Below are positions 43,815 through 52,776 of a stretch of DNA of 64,000 nucleotides, in pieces (position 1 is the stretch's first letter; each line of letters opens with the position of its first letter). The position numbers were made by a program, and so were the translations under genes. Source of the DNA: Candidatus Eiseniibacteriota bacterium (GTDB taxonomy: Bacteria; Eisenbacteria; RBG-16-71-46); NCBI GenBank assembly GCA_038231135.1, contig JBBRLX010000003.1:184458-248457 (forward strand), given 5' to 3'. Under the pieces are notes generated by a model. It was not told the DNA's origin, did not search any database, and saw only the letters and a program-made list of their open reading frames with translations.

Positions 43815-44180
43815 ATGAATCGGTTCCAGACGCGTCGTGTACTCAAGACGGTGGCGTTGATTTCGACACTCGGTCTCGCCGTCACTGGCCTCTCCCAGTG
43901 CCGCATGGTGAACGACAACGTCACCGGCGTGAATCTGGGCGGTCCGCAGGGAGTGAATTCACGCTCCGAGTGCGTCCAGGGTTGCAATGACAAGTATCGT
44001 GCCGCCGAGACTGCCGAGGACAGCCGTCACGACGCAGCGCTCCGCGCGTGTGGTGGCGACAAGAACTGCAAGAAGGCCGAGGACGATCGCACCAAGGATC
44101 GGCACAAGGCGAACGTGCAGGCGATGCAGGACTGCAAGAGTTCCTGCTACAACGAAGGCGGTGGCAACGGCGGTAAGTAA
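43815..44180 (+). CDS. Small Cys-rich helical lipoprotein
   Basis: AGGAG RBS; lipobox-like LSQC; Cys pattern CxxxC…Cx5C…CxxxC in a charged helical sequence. Confidence 0.8.
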   Translation: MNRFQTRRVLKTVALISTLGLAVTGLSQCRMVNDNVTGVNLGGPQGVNSRSECVQGCNDKYRAAETAEDSRHDAALRACGGDKNCKKAEDDRTKDRHKANVQAMQDCKSSCYNEGGGNGGK

Positions 44181-44477
44181 CGCCTGGCAGCAACGGGATC
44201 CCGCCCCGGGTTTCGTTCGGATCGGGCGATCTGCGAAGCGGTGTGGACTTTCGCGGGTCGTATCACTCTGGAGTCGTGCAATATCGCGATTTATGGTAGT
44301 GGATTCACAGATCCCCAAGATAAGTGTAGTGCAGCAACAAAAAGTCCTGTGATAATGAACACTCTACCGCCGGACAGGGAGCGCCACGCGGGTTTCAGCA
44401 GGTCCTGGGGGCCGAGGCTCACGGACGAACACCCACGAGCTTCGACCACCGTTACGAAACAGAGAGGGGAGTCCGAG

Positions 44478-46343
44478 TTGAATCTTCAGCGGCTCAGCAT
44501 CGGTTCGTTCCGCTCCACTGGGAACGAGAGAACACACAGCTTGCGAGGTTACGCCGTGCTATGGGCCCTTCTGCTGGTGATTCCAGCGGGAATCGCGCAC
44601 GCGGCGGGGACGTTCTATGTCGACAACACCAATCCCAACGCCAGTGACACGGGGCCGGGAACCCTGGCCGTGCCGTATCGCAGCATCTCGGCGGCCGACC
44701 GCATGCGCGGCGGGCCGGGCACGACGCTGATCGTCATGCCGGGCGTGTATCACGAGCAGGTGACCGTGTTCGCCTCCGGTTCCGCGGTGAGCCCGTACGT
44801 GATTCGCGCCGGCGGCGACAACACGCTACTCGACGGCGCCGAGGACTTCACCAACCCGTCACGCTGGGCACTGGCTACGGGCGACACCTGGCTGGCGGCC
44901 TCGGTCCTGTGGCCCACGACTCATGTGTACGCGAATGGCGTGCGCCTGAGTGTGACGACCGCACCGCCCGAGAGCATGGCGGTCGGCACGTTTCAGTGGG
45001 TGTTCGGCACCGGCCTCTACGTGAACGTCGGCGGCGACAATCCGGCCGGCCACGACCTGCGCGTGGGATTCCATCCCAACGCGTTCCGGATCACGAGCCG
45101 CCAGTACGTGACGGTGCGGGGCTTCGACGTGACGCGCACGGAAGAGCATGGCATCTATTCGCTCCAATCGAGCAACATCACCATCGAGAAGAACCACGCC
45201 ACGTTCACGGGCGCGCACGGCATCGCGATCCAGGGCGGTACGGCGGTGATGGTGGATTCGAACACCGTGTCCGATGCCGCCGATCATGGCATCAACATAC
45301 TGAGCGGCGTCACGAACTCCACGGTGCAGGACAACGAGTCGTTCCGGAACGCGCGGGTGTTCGAGCGCGCCGCGAACGGCCTCATGGTGTTCAACTCGAC
45401 GAACATTCTCATCCAGCGCAACCGTTTCCACGACAATGAGGACAGCGGTCTGGACTTCACGAACGGCTCGGACAACAACGTATCGATCCAGAACCTGTCG
45501 TGGAGCAACGGGGACCATGGGTTCGATCAGATCGAGTCGGTGAACATCCAGCACATTGGTGACGTGGCCTACGGCAACACCAACGAAGGCTTCTCGATCG
45601 AAGGCGGAGCGACCGGGGCCCAGCTGTGGAACTGCATTTCCGTGAACAACGGCCTGGCGACGGGTCACTTCGACGTGTACGTGGACACTTCGTCGACCGC
45701 CGGTTTCCAGAGCAACTACAACATCATCTGGAATTCCACGACGAACAAGCCGTTCAAATACAACGGCGTCCAGTACGCGACGGTCGCTGCGTTCAGCGCG
45801 GTGACGGGCACGGATGGCGCAACGTTCCAGGCCGATCCGCGGTTCGTGAATCCGGGGATCTCGGACTACCACCTGCAATCCGGCTCGAAGGCGATCGACT
45901 CCGGCACTTCGTCGGTGGCGAACTGGCCGCTCACGGACTTCGAAGGCAACGCCCGCATCGATGATGCGCAGACGCCCAACACCGGTGTCGGTCCCGTGAC
46001 CTTCGCCGATCGTGGTGCATTCGAGTTCAAGCGCACCGGTTCGGTGGCCGTCGACGACGTGCACGCTGGATTCGTGGCGCTGGGGCCGGCGTTCCCGAAT
46101 CCGGGCCGTGGTGCGGTGTCGTTCAGCCTGCAGCTCGAGCGCGCGGGCGTTGTCACGTGGACGGTCACGGACGTGCTCGGTCGCAGGGTCCACCAGGACG
46201 CGGGTGCATTCAACGCGGGACGCGCGACGATCCGGTGGTCCGGCGCGGGCGTCCAGGGCAAGGAAGTACCGGCGGGGATTTACGTGATCCGGCTCGACGC
46301 GAATGGCGAGACGCTGACTCGCCACTTCACCGTCGTGCGCTAG
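44478..46343 (+). CDS. Exported right-handed parallel beta-helix protein with C-terminal T9SS/FlgD-like domain
   Basis: GAGGGGAG RBS plus TTG; signal peptide ending AHA; FYVD…GT…PY.SI; repeated GI…N..I..N turns; DPRF…DYHL…S.AIDSG; PNP…GIYVIRL…VVR. Confidence 0.85.
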   Translation: MNLQRLSIGSFRSTGNERTHSLRGYAVLWALLLVIPAGIAHAAGTFYVDNTNPNASDTGPGTLAVPYRSISAADRMRGGPGTTLIVMPGVYHEQVTVFASGSAVSPYVIRAGGDNTLLDGAEDFTNPSRWALATGDTWLAASVLWPTTHVYANGVRLSVTTAPPESMAVGTFQWVFGTGLYVNVGGDNPAGHDLRVGFHPNAFRITSRQYVTVRGFDVTRTEEHGIYSLQSSNITIEKNHATFTGAHGIAIQGGTAVMVDSNTVSDAADHGINILSGVTNSTVQDNESFRNARVFERAANGLMVFNSTNILIQRNRFHDNEDSGLDFTNGSDNNVSIQNLSWSNGDHGFDQIESVNIQHIGDVAYGNTNEGFSIEGGATGAQLWNCISVNNGLATGHFDVYVDTSSTAGFQSNYNIIWNSTTNKPFKYNGVQYATVAAFSAVTGTDGATFQADPRFVNPGISDYHLQSGSKAIDSGTSSVANWPLTDFEGNARIDDAQTPNTGVGPVTFADRGAFEFKRTGSVAVDDVHAGFVALGPAFPNPGRGAVSFSLQLERAGVVTWTVTDVLGRRVHQDAGAFNAGRATIRWSGAGVQGKEVPAGIYVIRLDANGETLTRHFTVVR

Positions 46344-46364
46344 GCGCACGGACGTCCCCTCTGC

Positions 46365-46400
46365 AGGGCGGGCGGCTTCGGCCGCCCGCCCTTTTGTCTT
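46365..46400 (+). terminator. Intrinsic terminator
   Basis: 12-bp stem AGGGCGGGCGGC/GCCGCCCGCCCT with a cUUCGg tetraloop and a T-rich tail. Confidence 0.9.
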
Positions 46401-46427
46401 GGTGCGCCCGCGGGAGATAGTGTCCGC

Positions 46428-47510
46428 ATGACCCCACCGCCCGGAACCGACGCCACGCCAGCCGCTGCCGGCGTGGAGTTCGTCGAGCGGGCGCTCCGCG
46501 GCATCGGCTGCGAATATCCGAGTCATGTCGCGCTGCTGCTGGAACGCGACACCGACCTCGCGCCGCCGCGGGAGCTCACCCCGGCGTTCTACGGCTGTTT
46601 CGACTGGCACTCGGCCGTGCACGGTCACTGGTGCATCGTGCGCGGCGAGCGCCTCGGACTCCCGGCCGCGCTGTCCGCCCGCGCCCGGACCGCGCTCGGC
46701 CGCAGCTTCGAGCACGACCGCCTGGCGCGCGAGGCGGCGTACATCGGTGCCCCGGAGCGCGCGGGCTTCGAGCGCCCGTACGGCCTCGCGTGGCTGTTGC
46801 AGCTCGCGACCGAGCTCAGGGAGTGGGGGACGCCGCGTGCGTTCGGCTGGCACGACGCGCTGCGGCCGCTCGAGACGCTGGCGCTCGACCGGCTGCTGAG
46901 CTGGCTGCCGAAGCTGCGGTGGCCGATCCGCACCGGCGAACACAGCCAGACCGCGTTCGCCCTGGGGCTGGCGCTCGACCACGCCCGCGCTCGCCCAGAC
47001 CCGGCGGCCGCGCAGCAGATCACGACGCGGGCGGTCGAGTTCTACGGCGGCGATCGGGCAGCCCCGATCGCATACGAGCCCTCGGGACACGATTTCCTGT
47101 CCCCCGCGCTGGGCGAAGCCGATCTGATGCGGCGGGTGCTCGAGCCGGGCGCATTCTCGGGCTGGCTCGGCCGGTTCCTGCCCGGTCTCGGGGATCCGGC
47201 GAGCAGGACCTGGCTCACGCCCGTGGCCGCCACCGATCGCAGCGACGGCAAGCTGGCCCATCTCGACGGCCTCAACCTGAGCCGGGCGTGGATGCTGGAC
47301 GGCGTTGCAGCGGCGCTGGAGCCGGGCGACGCGCGCCGCCGGTTCCTGCTCGAGCGGGCCCGGGATCACGAGCGGGTGGGTGTTGCCGCGGCTCTCGACA
47401 CCCGACACTACGCGGGCACCCACTGGCTCGGCAGTTTTGCCGTGTACGCGCTGACCGGACGCGGGCTGCCGGGAACTCGCGGCTGGCGCGCGCCCGAACC
47501 GTCCGGGTAG
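46428..47510 (+). CDS. DUF2891-family protein
   Basis: PAFYGCFDWHSAVHGHW, FERPYGLAWLL, RTGEHSQTAF, EPSGHDFLSP, HLDGLNLSRAW, Y.G.HWLGSFA. Confidence 0.85.
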   Translation: MTPPPGTDATPAAAGVEFVERALRGIGCEYPSHVALLLERDTDLAPPRELTPAFYGCFDWHSAVHGHWCIVRGERLGLPAALSARARTALGRSFEHDRLAREAAYIGAPERAGFERPYGLAWLLQLATELREWGTPRAFGWHDALRPLETLALDRLLSWLPKLRWPIRTGEHSQTAFALGLALDHARARPDPAAAQQITTRAVEFYGGDRAAPIAYEPSGHDFLSPALGEADLMRRVLEPGAFSGWLGRFLPGLGDPASRTWLTPVAATDRSDGKLAHLDGLNLSRAWMLDGVAAALEPGDARRRFLLERARDHERVGVAAALDTRHYAGTHWLGSFAVYALTGRGLPGTRGWRAPEPSG

Positions 47511-47600
47511 ACTCATGGAGTCCCCCCAGGCGCACCGCCGGTCGCGTTCCCCGGCGAGCCCTTGCCGGCGGCCGGTTCCGGCCGATTTCGAGGAGATTCC

Positions 47601-49442
47601 GTGCCCCGTACCAGCACCATCATTGCCGCGCTGTTGTGCCTGCCCTGTCTGGTCACCGCCGTTTCCGGCCGTGCGGGCGCCGCGATCGGCCGCTCGCCCG
47701 AACCGTCGTTCGCCAAGCTCGAGCCGTCGCTCGGACGGGACGTCATGGCCGCTCCCACAGTTCCCGTCGTGGCATGGGTGTACTTCACGGACCGTGCCGG
47801 CGCGGAGCAGGATCCCGCGGCGTTCACGCGCCCGGTCGTGTCGGTGCGCTCGCTCGAGCGGCGCCGCGCGCGCGGCGCGATTCGCGGCCTCATCGCCTCG
47901 GACCTGCCGGTTCACGAGGCCTACGTCCGCGCCCTGACGCTGCGCGGCGCGCGGGTGCGCGGCGTGAGCCGGTGGCTCAATGCGGCGAGCGTCGAGATGC
48001 CGGGCCGGCTCGCGGCCGAGCTGGCGCGTCTGCCGTTCGTGGCGCATCTCGAGCGCGTAGCGGTGGGCATGCCGATCCGGACGGTCGGTGAACCCGAACT
48101 GGCGGAGATGCCGGGTGACACGGACGCGACGCACGCCGGGCGCGGCGCCACGCCTGCCTCCGCGCACCCCGGCGCCGCGACACTGTTCGCGCCCGGCGAC
48201 ACGGCCTATTACGGAGGGTCGTTCCGGCAGCTGTCGATGATGCAGGTGCCGCAGCTCCACAAGGCCGGCTACACGGGCGCGGGTGTCCTCGTGTGCATGC
48301 TCGACGAGGGCTTCCGGCTCACGCACCAGGTGTTCGCAAACCTGCACGTGCTCGCGACGCGCGATTTCATCCACCGCGACTCGACCGTTGACGACCCGGA
48401 TGGCCAGGGCGGTCACGGCACGCTGACGCTGGCGTGCGTAGCGGGCTCCAAACCGGGGACGTACAGCGGCGGCGCGTTCGGCGCCACGGTCGCGCTCGGC
48501 AAGACCGAGGTCGATGCCACGGAGCAGCCGGTCGAGATGGACTACTGGCAGTTCGGCACGGAATGGGCCGACAGCCTGGGCGCCGACGTGATCTCGTCAA
48601 GCCTCGGCTACTCCACCTTCGACAGCCCGTTCCCGTCGTACACCTATGCCGACATGAACGGTCGCACCACGGTCGTGGCACGCGCCGCGGTCGAGGCGGC
48701 ACGGCGAGGCATCACGGTGGTGAATGCCGCGGGCAACGAGGGCGCGAACTCATGGAAGAAGATCATCTCGCCCGGCGACGCGGACTCGATCGTCACCGTC
48801 GGCGCCGTGGATTCGTTCAACGTGGTCACGGCGTTCTCGTCCCGCGGCCCCACGTCGGATGGCCGCATCAAACCCGACGTGACCGCGATGGGAGCGTCCG
48901 TGCTGCTGCCGTCGTTCTCGGACAGCACCGGCACCAAGTACGTGCGCGGCAGCGGCACGTCGTTCGCGACGCCGCTCACCGCCGGCGTGGCCGCGCTGCT
49001 GCTGGAGGCCCATCCCAACTGGGGCCCGTTCGAGGTGCGGGAGGCGCTGCGTATGACCGCGCTCAATCATGCCGCGCCCGACACGATCATCGGCTGGGGG
49101 CTGGTACAGGGTCTGGCGGCGAGCGCGTGGATTCCGTCGGTCGGTGTTCCGGCCGTAGGCGGGGTTGCGCGCCTCCAGCTCGCGGCGGGGCCGAATCCGC
49201 TGCACCGGGGCGGCGACCTCGCGATCCGTTACGCGGCCCCCGCGGGGGAGCGCGTGACACTCGACGTGCTCGACCTCGCCGGCCGCCGGCAGTCCGCGCT
49301 CCACGCGGGAGCTGCCAGCGGCACCGCGCATTGGGCCGGTCGCGACGCGGCGGGCCGCGCGCTGCCGGCCGGGATCTACTGGGTGCGGCTGGCCACGGCC
49401 GGCGGGCCGTCGCGCGCGATCCGGATCGCGCTCATCCCTTAG
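47601..49442 (+). CDS. Exported S8 (subtilisin-like) peptidase with C-terminal T9SS/FlgD-like domain
   Basis: GAGGAG RBS plus GTG; triad LDEG / GHGT / GTSFATP, oxyanion AAGNEG, FSSRGP..DGRIKPDV; PNP…LPAGIYWVRL. Confidence 0.93.
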   Translation: MPRTSTIIAALLCLPCLVTAVSGRAGAAIGRSPEPSFAKLEPSLGRDVMAAPTVPVVAWVYFTDRAGAEQDPAAFTRPVVSVRSLERRRARGAIRGLIASDLPVHEAYVRALTLRGARVRGVSRWLNAASVEMPGRLAAELARLPFVAHLERVAVGMPIRTVGEPELAEMPGDTDATHAGRGATPASAHPGAATLFAPGDTAYYGGSFRQLSMMQVPQLHKAGYTGAGVLVCMLDEGFRLTHQVFANLHVLATRDFIHRDSTVDDPDGQGGHGTLTLACVAGSKPGTYSGGAFGATVALGKTEVDATEQPVEMDYWQFGTEWADSLGADVISSSLGYSTFDSPFPSYTYADMNGRTTVVARAAVEAARRGITVVNAAGNEGANSWKKIISPGDADSIVTVGAVDSFNVVTAFSSRGPTSDGRIKPDVTAMGASVLLPSFSDSTGTKYVRGSGTSFATPLTAGVAALLLEAHPNWGPFEVREALRMTALNHAAPDTIIGWGLVQGLAASAWIPSVGVPAVGGVARLQLAAGPNPLHRGGDLAIRYAAPAGERVTLDVLDLAGRRQSALHAGAASGTAHWAGRDAAGRALPAGIYWVRLATAGGPSRAIRIALIP

Positions 49443-50332
49443 GACTCCGCGATCTTGCGGCGCCGGGCGCGGATGCGGAATCCGCGCCCGAACCGTTTCG
49501 CGTAGACCTCGGTGCACTCCGCGCCATAGAAGAATATCTGCGCGGAATAGAAGACCCAGCCGAGCACGACCAGGATCGAACCGGCGACTCCGTACGCCGC
49601 ACCGAACCGCGTCCGCGTGATGTAGAAGCTGATGATCTCCTTGCCGATTACGAACAGCAACGACGTGATTCCGGCGCCGATCCATACGTCGCTCCAGCCG
49701 ATATGGATGTCGGGCAGGAAGCGATACATCATCGCGAACATCAGCGTGATGATGCCGAGCGACAGGACCGCGTTCCCGAACTGGATAAGCCCCACGAATC
49801 CGATCGGGAACGTGCCCGCCCAGCGCCCCAGCGCCGCCAGTGCAGCGCTCACCACCAGCGTCGCCATCAGCAGGAACCCGACCGAGAACACCATTGCGAA
49901 CGACAGCAGGTTGGTGCGGACGGCGTTGCGCCACCCTACATGGACGGGCTCCACGTGCCAGATCCGGTTGAGCGACCTGCGGAGCTGGTTGAACGCGGCG
50001 GCGGAGCCCAGCAGCAGCGACACGATCCCGACGATCATCGCCACGGTGCCGGTGGCCGGGCGGCTCGCGCTCTGCACCGCCACTTCGAGCGCGTGCGCGC
50101 CGTCCGCGCCGATGAGGCTCTGGAACTGGGCGAAGATCTCGCCGCTGGCGGCCTCGCGCCCGAACACCAGTCCGGCGACGGCGATCACGATCACCAGCAG
50201 CGGGGCGATCGAGAACACCGTGTAGTAGGCCAGCGCGGCCCCCAGCTCGACGACATTGTCGCGCTGCCATTCCCGGAATGCGTAATACAGGACGATGGGC
50301 AGGATCCGTAACCGCTTGAGCCAGCTCGCCAT
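49439..50332 (-). CDS. YihY/virulence factor BrkB family membrane protein
   Basis: GAALAYYTVFSIAP, LNRIW, YRFLP, YGVAGS, WVFYSAQIFFYGAE; stop codon overlaps the convergent S8 stop. Confidence 0.9.
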   Translation of the reverse strand: MASWLKRLRILPIVLYYAFREWQRDNVVELGAALAYYTVFSIAPLLVIVIAVAGLVFGREAASGEIFAQFQSLIGADGAHALEVAVQSASRPATGTVAMIVGIVSLLLGSAAAFNQLRRSLNRIWHVEPVHVGWRNAVRTNLLSFAMVFSVGFLLMATLVVSAALAALGRWAGTFPIGFVGLIQFGNAVLSLGIITLMFAMMYRFLPDIHIGWSDVWIGAGITSLLFVIGKEIISFYITRTRFGAAYGVAGSILVVLGWVFYSAQIFFYGAECTEVYAKRFGRGFRIRARRRKIAES

Positions 50333-50349
50333 GGAACCGGAGTGGCCGG

Positions 50350-51588
50350 TCAGCCCGCGGCCAGCGGCAGGTCGGGACCGCCCGGCGCCCGCCGCGGCCA
50401 TCGCGACGCGACCGCCATGACCAGCACGAACAGCACGAGTCCGACGACCCCGAACAGCGCCTCCGTGTTCAGCATCCCGGCCGCTCCCCAGCGGGTGTGC
50501 GCCCAGCCGTCAATGCGGGTCATGTAGTAGATCGGCGTGTTCGATAGCGACGCGAACACGTTGTACTTCGTCGCCGCGGCGCCCTTGCCCATGGCCTCGA
50601 GGACGAACGCCGAGAACCCCGCGTAGGTGAACCCCATGATCAGCGCGTAGATCGACGTGAACACCACGTACATCAGCTCGGTGCGGGGCGCGTAGGCCAT
50701 CGCCACGGCGCACCCCGCCTGCAGCAGGCCGAACACGGCGTATGCGGCCTTGCGGTCCATGCGGTCGCAGATGAAGCCGCCGATCAGGCAGCCGACGGCC
50801 GAGATGATGCCGCCGAGCACACCCGTCGCCAGCGCGACGGCGTTCGCCGACGCGCGCCAGTCGCCCGCCACGGCGGACCACAATCCGGAGGCGGCGCCCG
50901 CGCCGATCGGCAGGAAACACAGGATGAGCGCCAGGATGCCGCCGCGTGACCGCGCCACGCTCCACAGGTCGCGCCCCACGTTGCCGAGGCTCTGCAGGGT
51001 GCTGGCGACGCGATGGGTCGCGGCGGGCTCGTCCACGAACAGCAAAGCGAAGCAGCACAGCAGCGATACCCCGCCGAGGATCGCGCCGGCCATCCATGGC
51101 GCGTGCAGGTGCTGGGCGAGCCACAGGCCCGCGCCGCCGCCGATGCCGGAGCCGCCGAGATTGCCGGCCTGGAACCATCCGGCCGCGCGGCCTTTCTCAC
51201 GCTCGGGGGTGTCGTAGGCCATCAGGCTTTCGACCGCCATGCCAAGGAACGTGACGGCGACGTTCGAGACCACGACGATCACCGTGAGCCATCCCACGCT
51301 CGATGCCCGGATCGGCAGCGCACCCGTCGCCCAGATTCCGATCGCGCTCACGATGCACGCGAGGACGTACCAGGTCTTGCGGGTGAGCGTGGTGTCGGCG
51401 ATCGGGGCCCACGCGAACTTCCACGTGTGCGGCGCGATGCCGAGCGCCACGACGCCGGCGATCTGCTCCACGCTGATGCCGGATCTCGAGAACAGGAACG
51501 CGATGGCCACGGTGAGATAGCCGGCCATCATGCCGAACGGGAGGATCAGGAACATGAACACGGCGGGATGCACGCGGTGGGTGGACAT
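50350..51588 (-). CDS. MFS transporter, AmpG-like
   Basis: PHTWKFAWAPIAD, RKTW, GGFICDRMDRK, AATKY.VFASLSN; about 12 TM segments. Confidence 0.8.
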   Translation of the reverse strand: MSTHRVHPAVFMFLILPFGMMAGYLTVAIAFLFSRSGISVEQIAGVVALGIAPHTWKFAWAPIADTTLTRKTWYVLACIVSAIGIWATGALPIRASSVGWLTVIVVVSNVAVTFLGMAVESLMAYDTPEREKGRAAGWFQAGNLGGSGIGGGAGLWLAQHLHAPWMAGAILGGVSLLCCFALLFVDEPAATHRVASTLQSLGNVGRDLWSVARSRGGILALILCFLPIGAGAASGLWSAVAGDWRASANAVALATGVLGGIISAVGCLIGGFICDRMDRKAAYAVFGLLQAGCAVAMAYAPRTELMYVVFTSIYALIMGFTYAGFSAFVLEAMGKGAAATKYNVFASLSNTPIYYMTRIDGWAHTRWGAAGMLNTEALFGVVGLVLFVLVMAVASRWPRRAPGGPDLPLAAG

Positions 51589-51693
51589 GTCCGCATCCTA
51601 GCAGAGCGCGACCGCGCGGGTTTCACGGGATCTGGACATGGCTTTGCGTTGCCGAAACGGTCCGGCACCCGGACTTGAGGTAGGCTTTACGCC

Positions 51694-52674
51694 ATGATCC
51701 CCACCCGTGTTCCCCTGAGCTGGTCGGTGGCCTGCGCCGCCGTCGCGCTGGCCTGCGCCGCGACCGTTGCGTGCGCCGCCGACGCCGATTCCCCCGTGCT
51801 GGCCGCCCCGTTGCCCAAACCCCTGTTCAAGACCCACTTCAACTCGGGAGCGGGGAAGTACGTGTTCAAGAACCGCGCGTCCGACCTCGCGCTCATCTCG
51901 ACGGCGTTCAACGCGGTGATCGTCGACTACGGCAACCAGGACGTCGTCGACGCCGCGCGCGCCGCCGGCCTGGCGGTGATCGTCGAATTCGACAAGAAGG
52001 CCGATTTCGCCGCCGGCAAGGACATCGGCGCCGTGACCAGCACGATCATCCGGCAGGTGCGCGCGCATCCGGGAACGATCGCGGGCATCCGCGTCGCCGA
52101 TCGCGTGAACGAGAAGCTCCCACCCACCCAGGCGATCGCCTACCTCGCGGCCACGGGCGGCGTGTTCCACCACGAGCTGCCCGGGATGCCGGTGATCGTC
52201 GACGTCGAGGACTGGGAGCTCACCTGCGGTCAGCCGGGCCAGAGCTCGTGCGAGGCGCATCGGTCCGACGCGTACCAGTGGTGCACGGACGCCGTGCTGC
52301 AGAAGATCCAGGCGTCGGGTTACGTCGACGCGTTCGAGCTGGCGTCGAATCTCAAGGACGACGACGAGGACGCGGAGCTGCGCGCGATGAAGCATGCCCG
52401 CAAGCTGTTCCCGGCGCCGTTTCTGCTGTATTCGCGCAGCGCCGAGCTGTCGTTCAAGGACGACACGTATCCCGGTGACGAGCACGAGGCCCGGCGGCAG
52501 ATCGACGCCTTCATCGAGGCGCCGCTCAAGGCGGGGCTCGACGGCATCGACCTGTGGGCGTGGCACCGGCCGTGGAAGACCGAACTGCGCACGTTCCTCA
52601 ACAAGGACGGCTCCACGAATCCGTTGTGGGACGGGATCGTGAAGGCGTACACCGCCTCGGTGTCGGCCAGGTAA
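51694..52674 (+). CDS. Exported hypothetical protein, possibly a TIM-barrel glycoside hydrolase-like fold
   Basis: Signal peptide; strongly biased codon usage; alternating beta/alpha pattern ending GLDGIDLWAW. Confidence 0.65.
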   Translation: MIPTRVPLSWSVACAAVALACAATVACAADADSPVLAAPLPKPLFKTHFNSGAGKYVFKNRASDLALISTAFNAVIVDYGNQDVVDAARAAGLAVIVEFDKKADFAAGKDIGAVTSTIIRQVRAHPGTIAGIRVADRVNEKLPPTQAIAYLAATGGVFHHELPGMPVIVDVEDWELTCGQPGQSSCEAHRSDAYQWCTDAVLQKIQASGYVDAFELASNLKDDDEDAELRAMKHARKLFPAPFLLYSRSAELSFKDDTYPGDEHEARRQIDAFIEAPLKAGLDGIDLWAWHRPWKTELRTFLNKDGSTNPLWDGIVKAYTASVSAR

Positions 52675-52712
52675 CCGGCGGCCGCTCGAGCGGCCCCATG
52701 GCATGGCGACGA

Positions 52713-52751
52713 CAACGGCGCCGTGGCGAATGTTCCGCCACGGCGCCGTTG
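52713..52751. terminator. Perfect 16-bp hairpin between convergent genes (probable bidirectional terminator)
   Basis: CAACGGCGCCGTGGCG-N7-CGCCACGGCGCCGTTG; no U-tract. Confidence 0.65.
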
Positions 52752-52776
52752 CCGTGCTGCCGGGTGCCGCTCCCGG

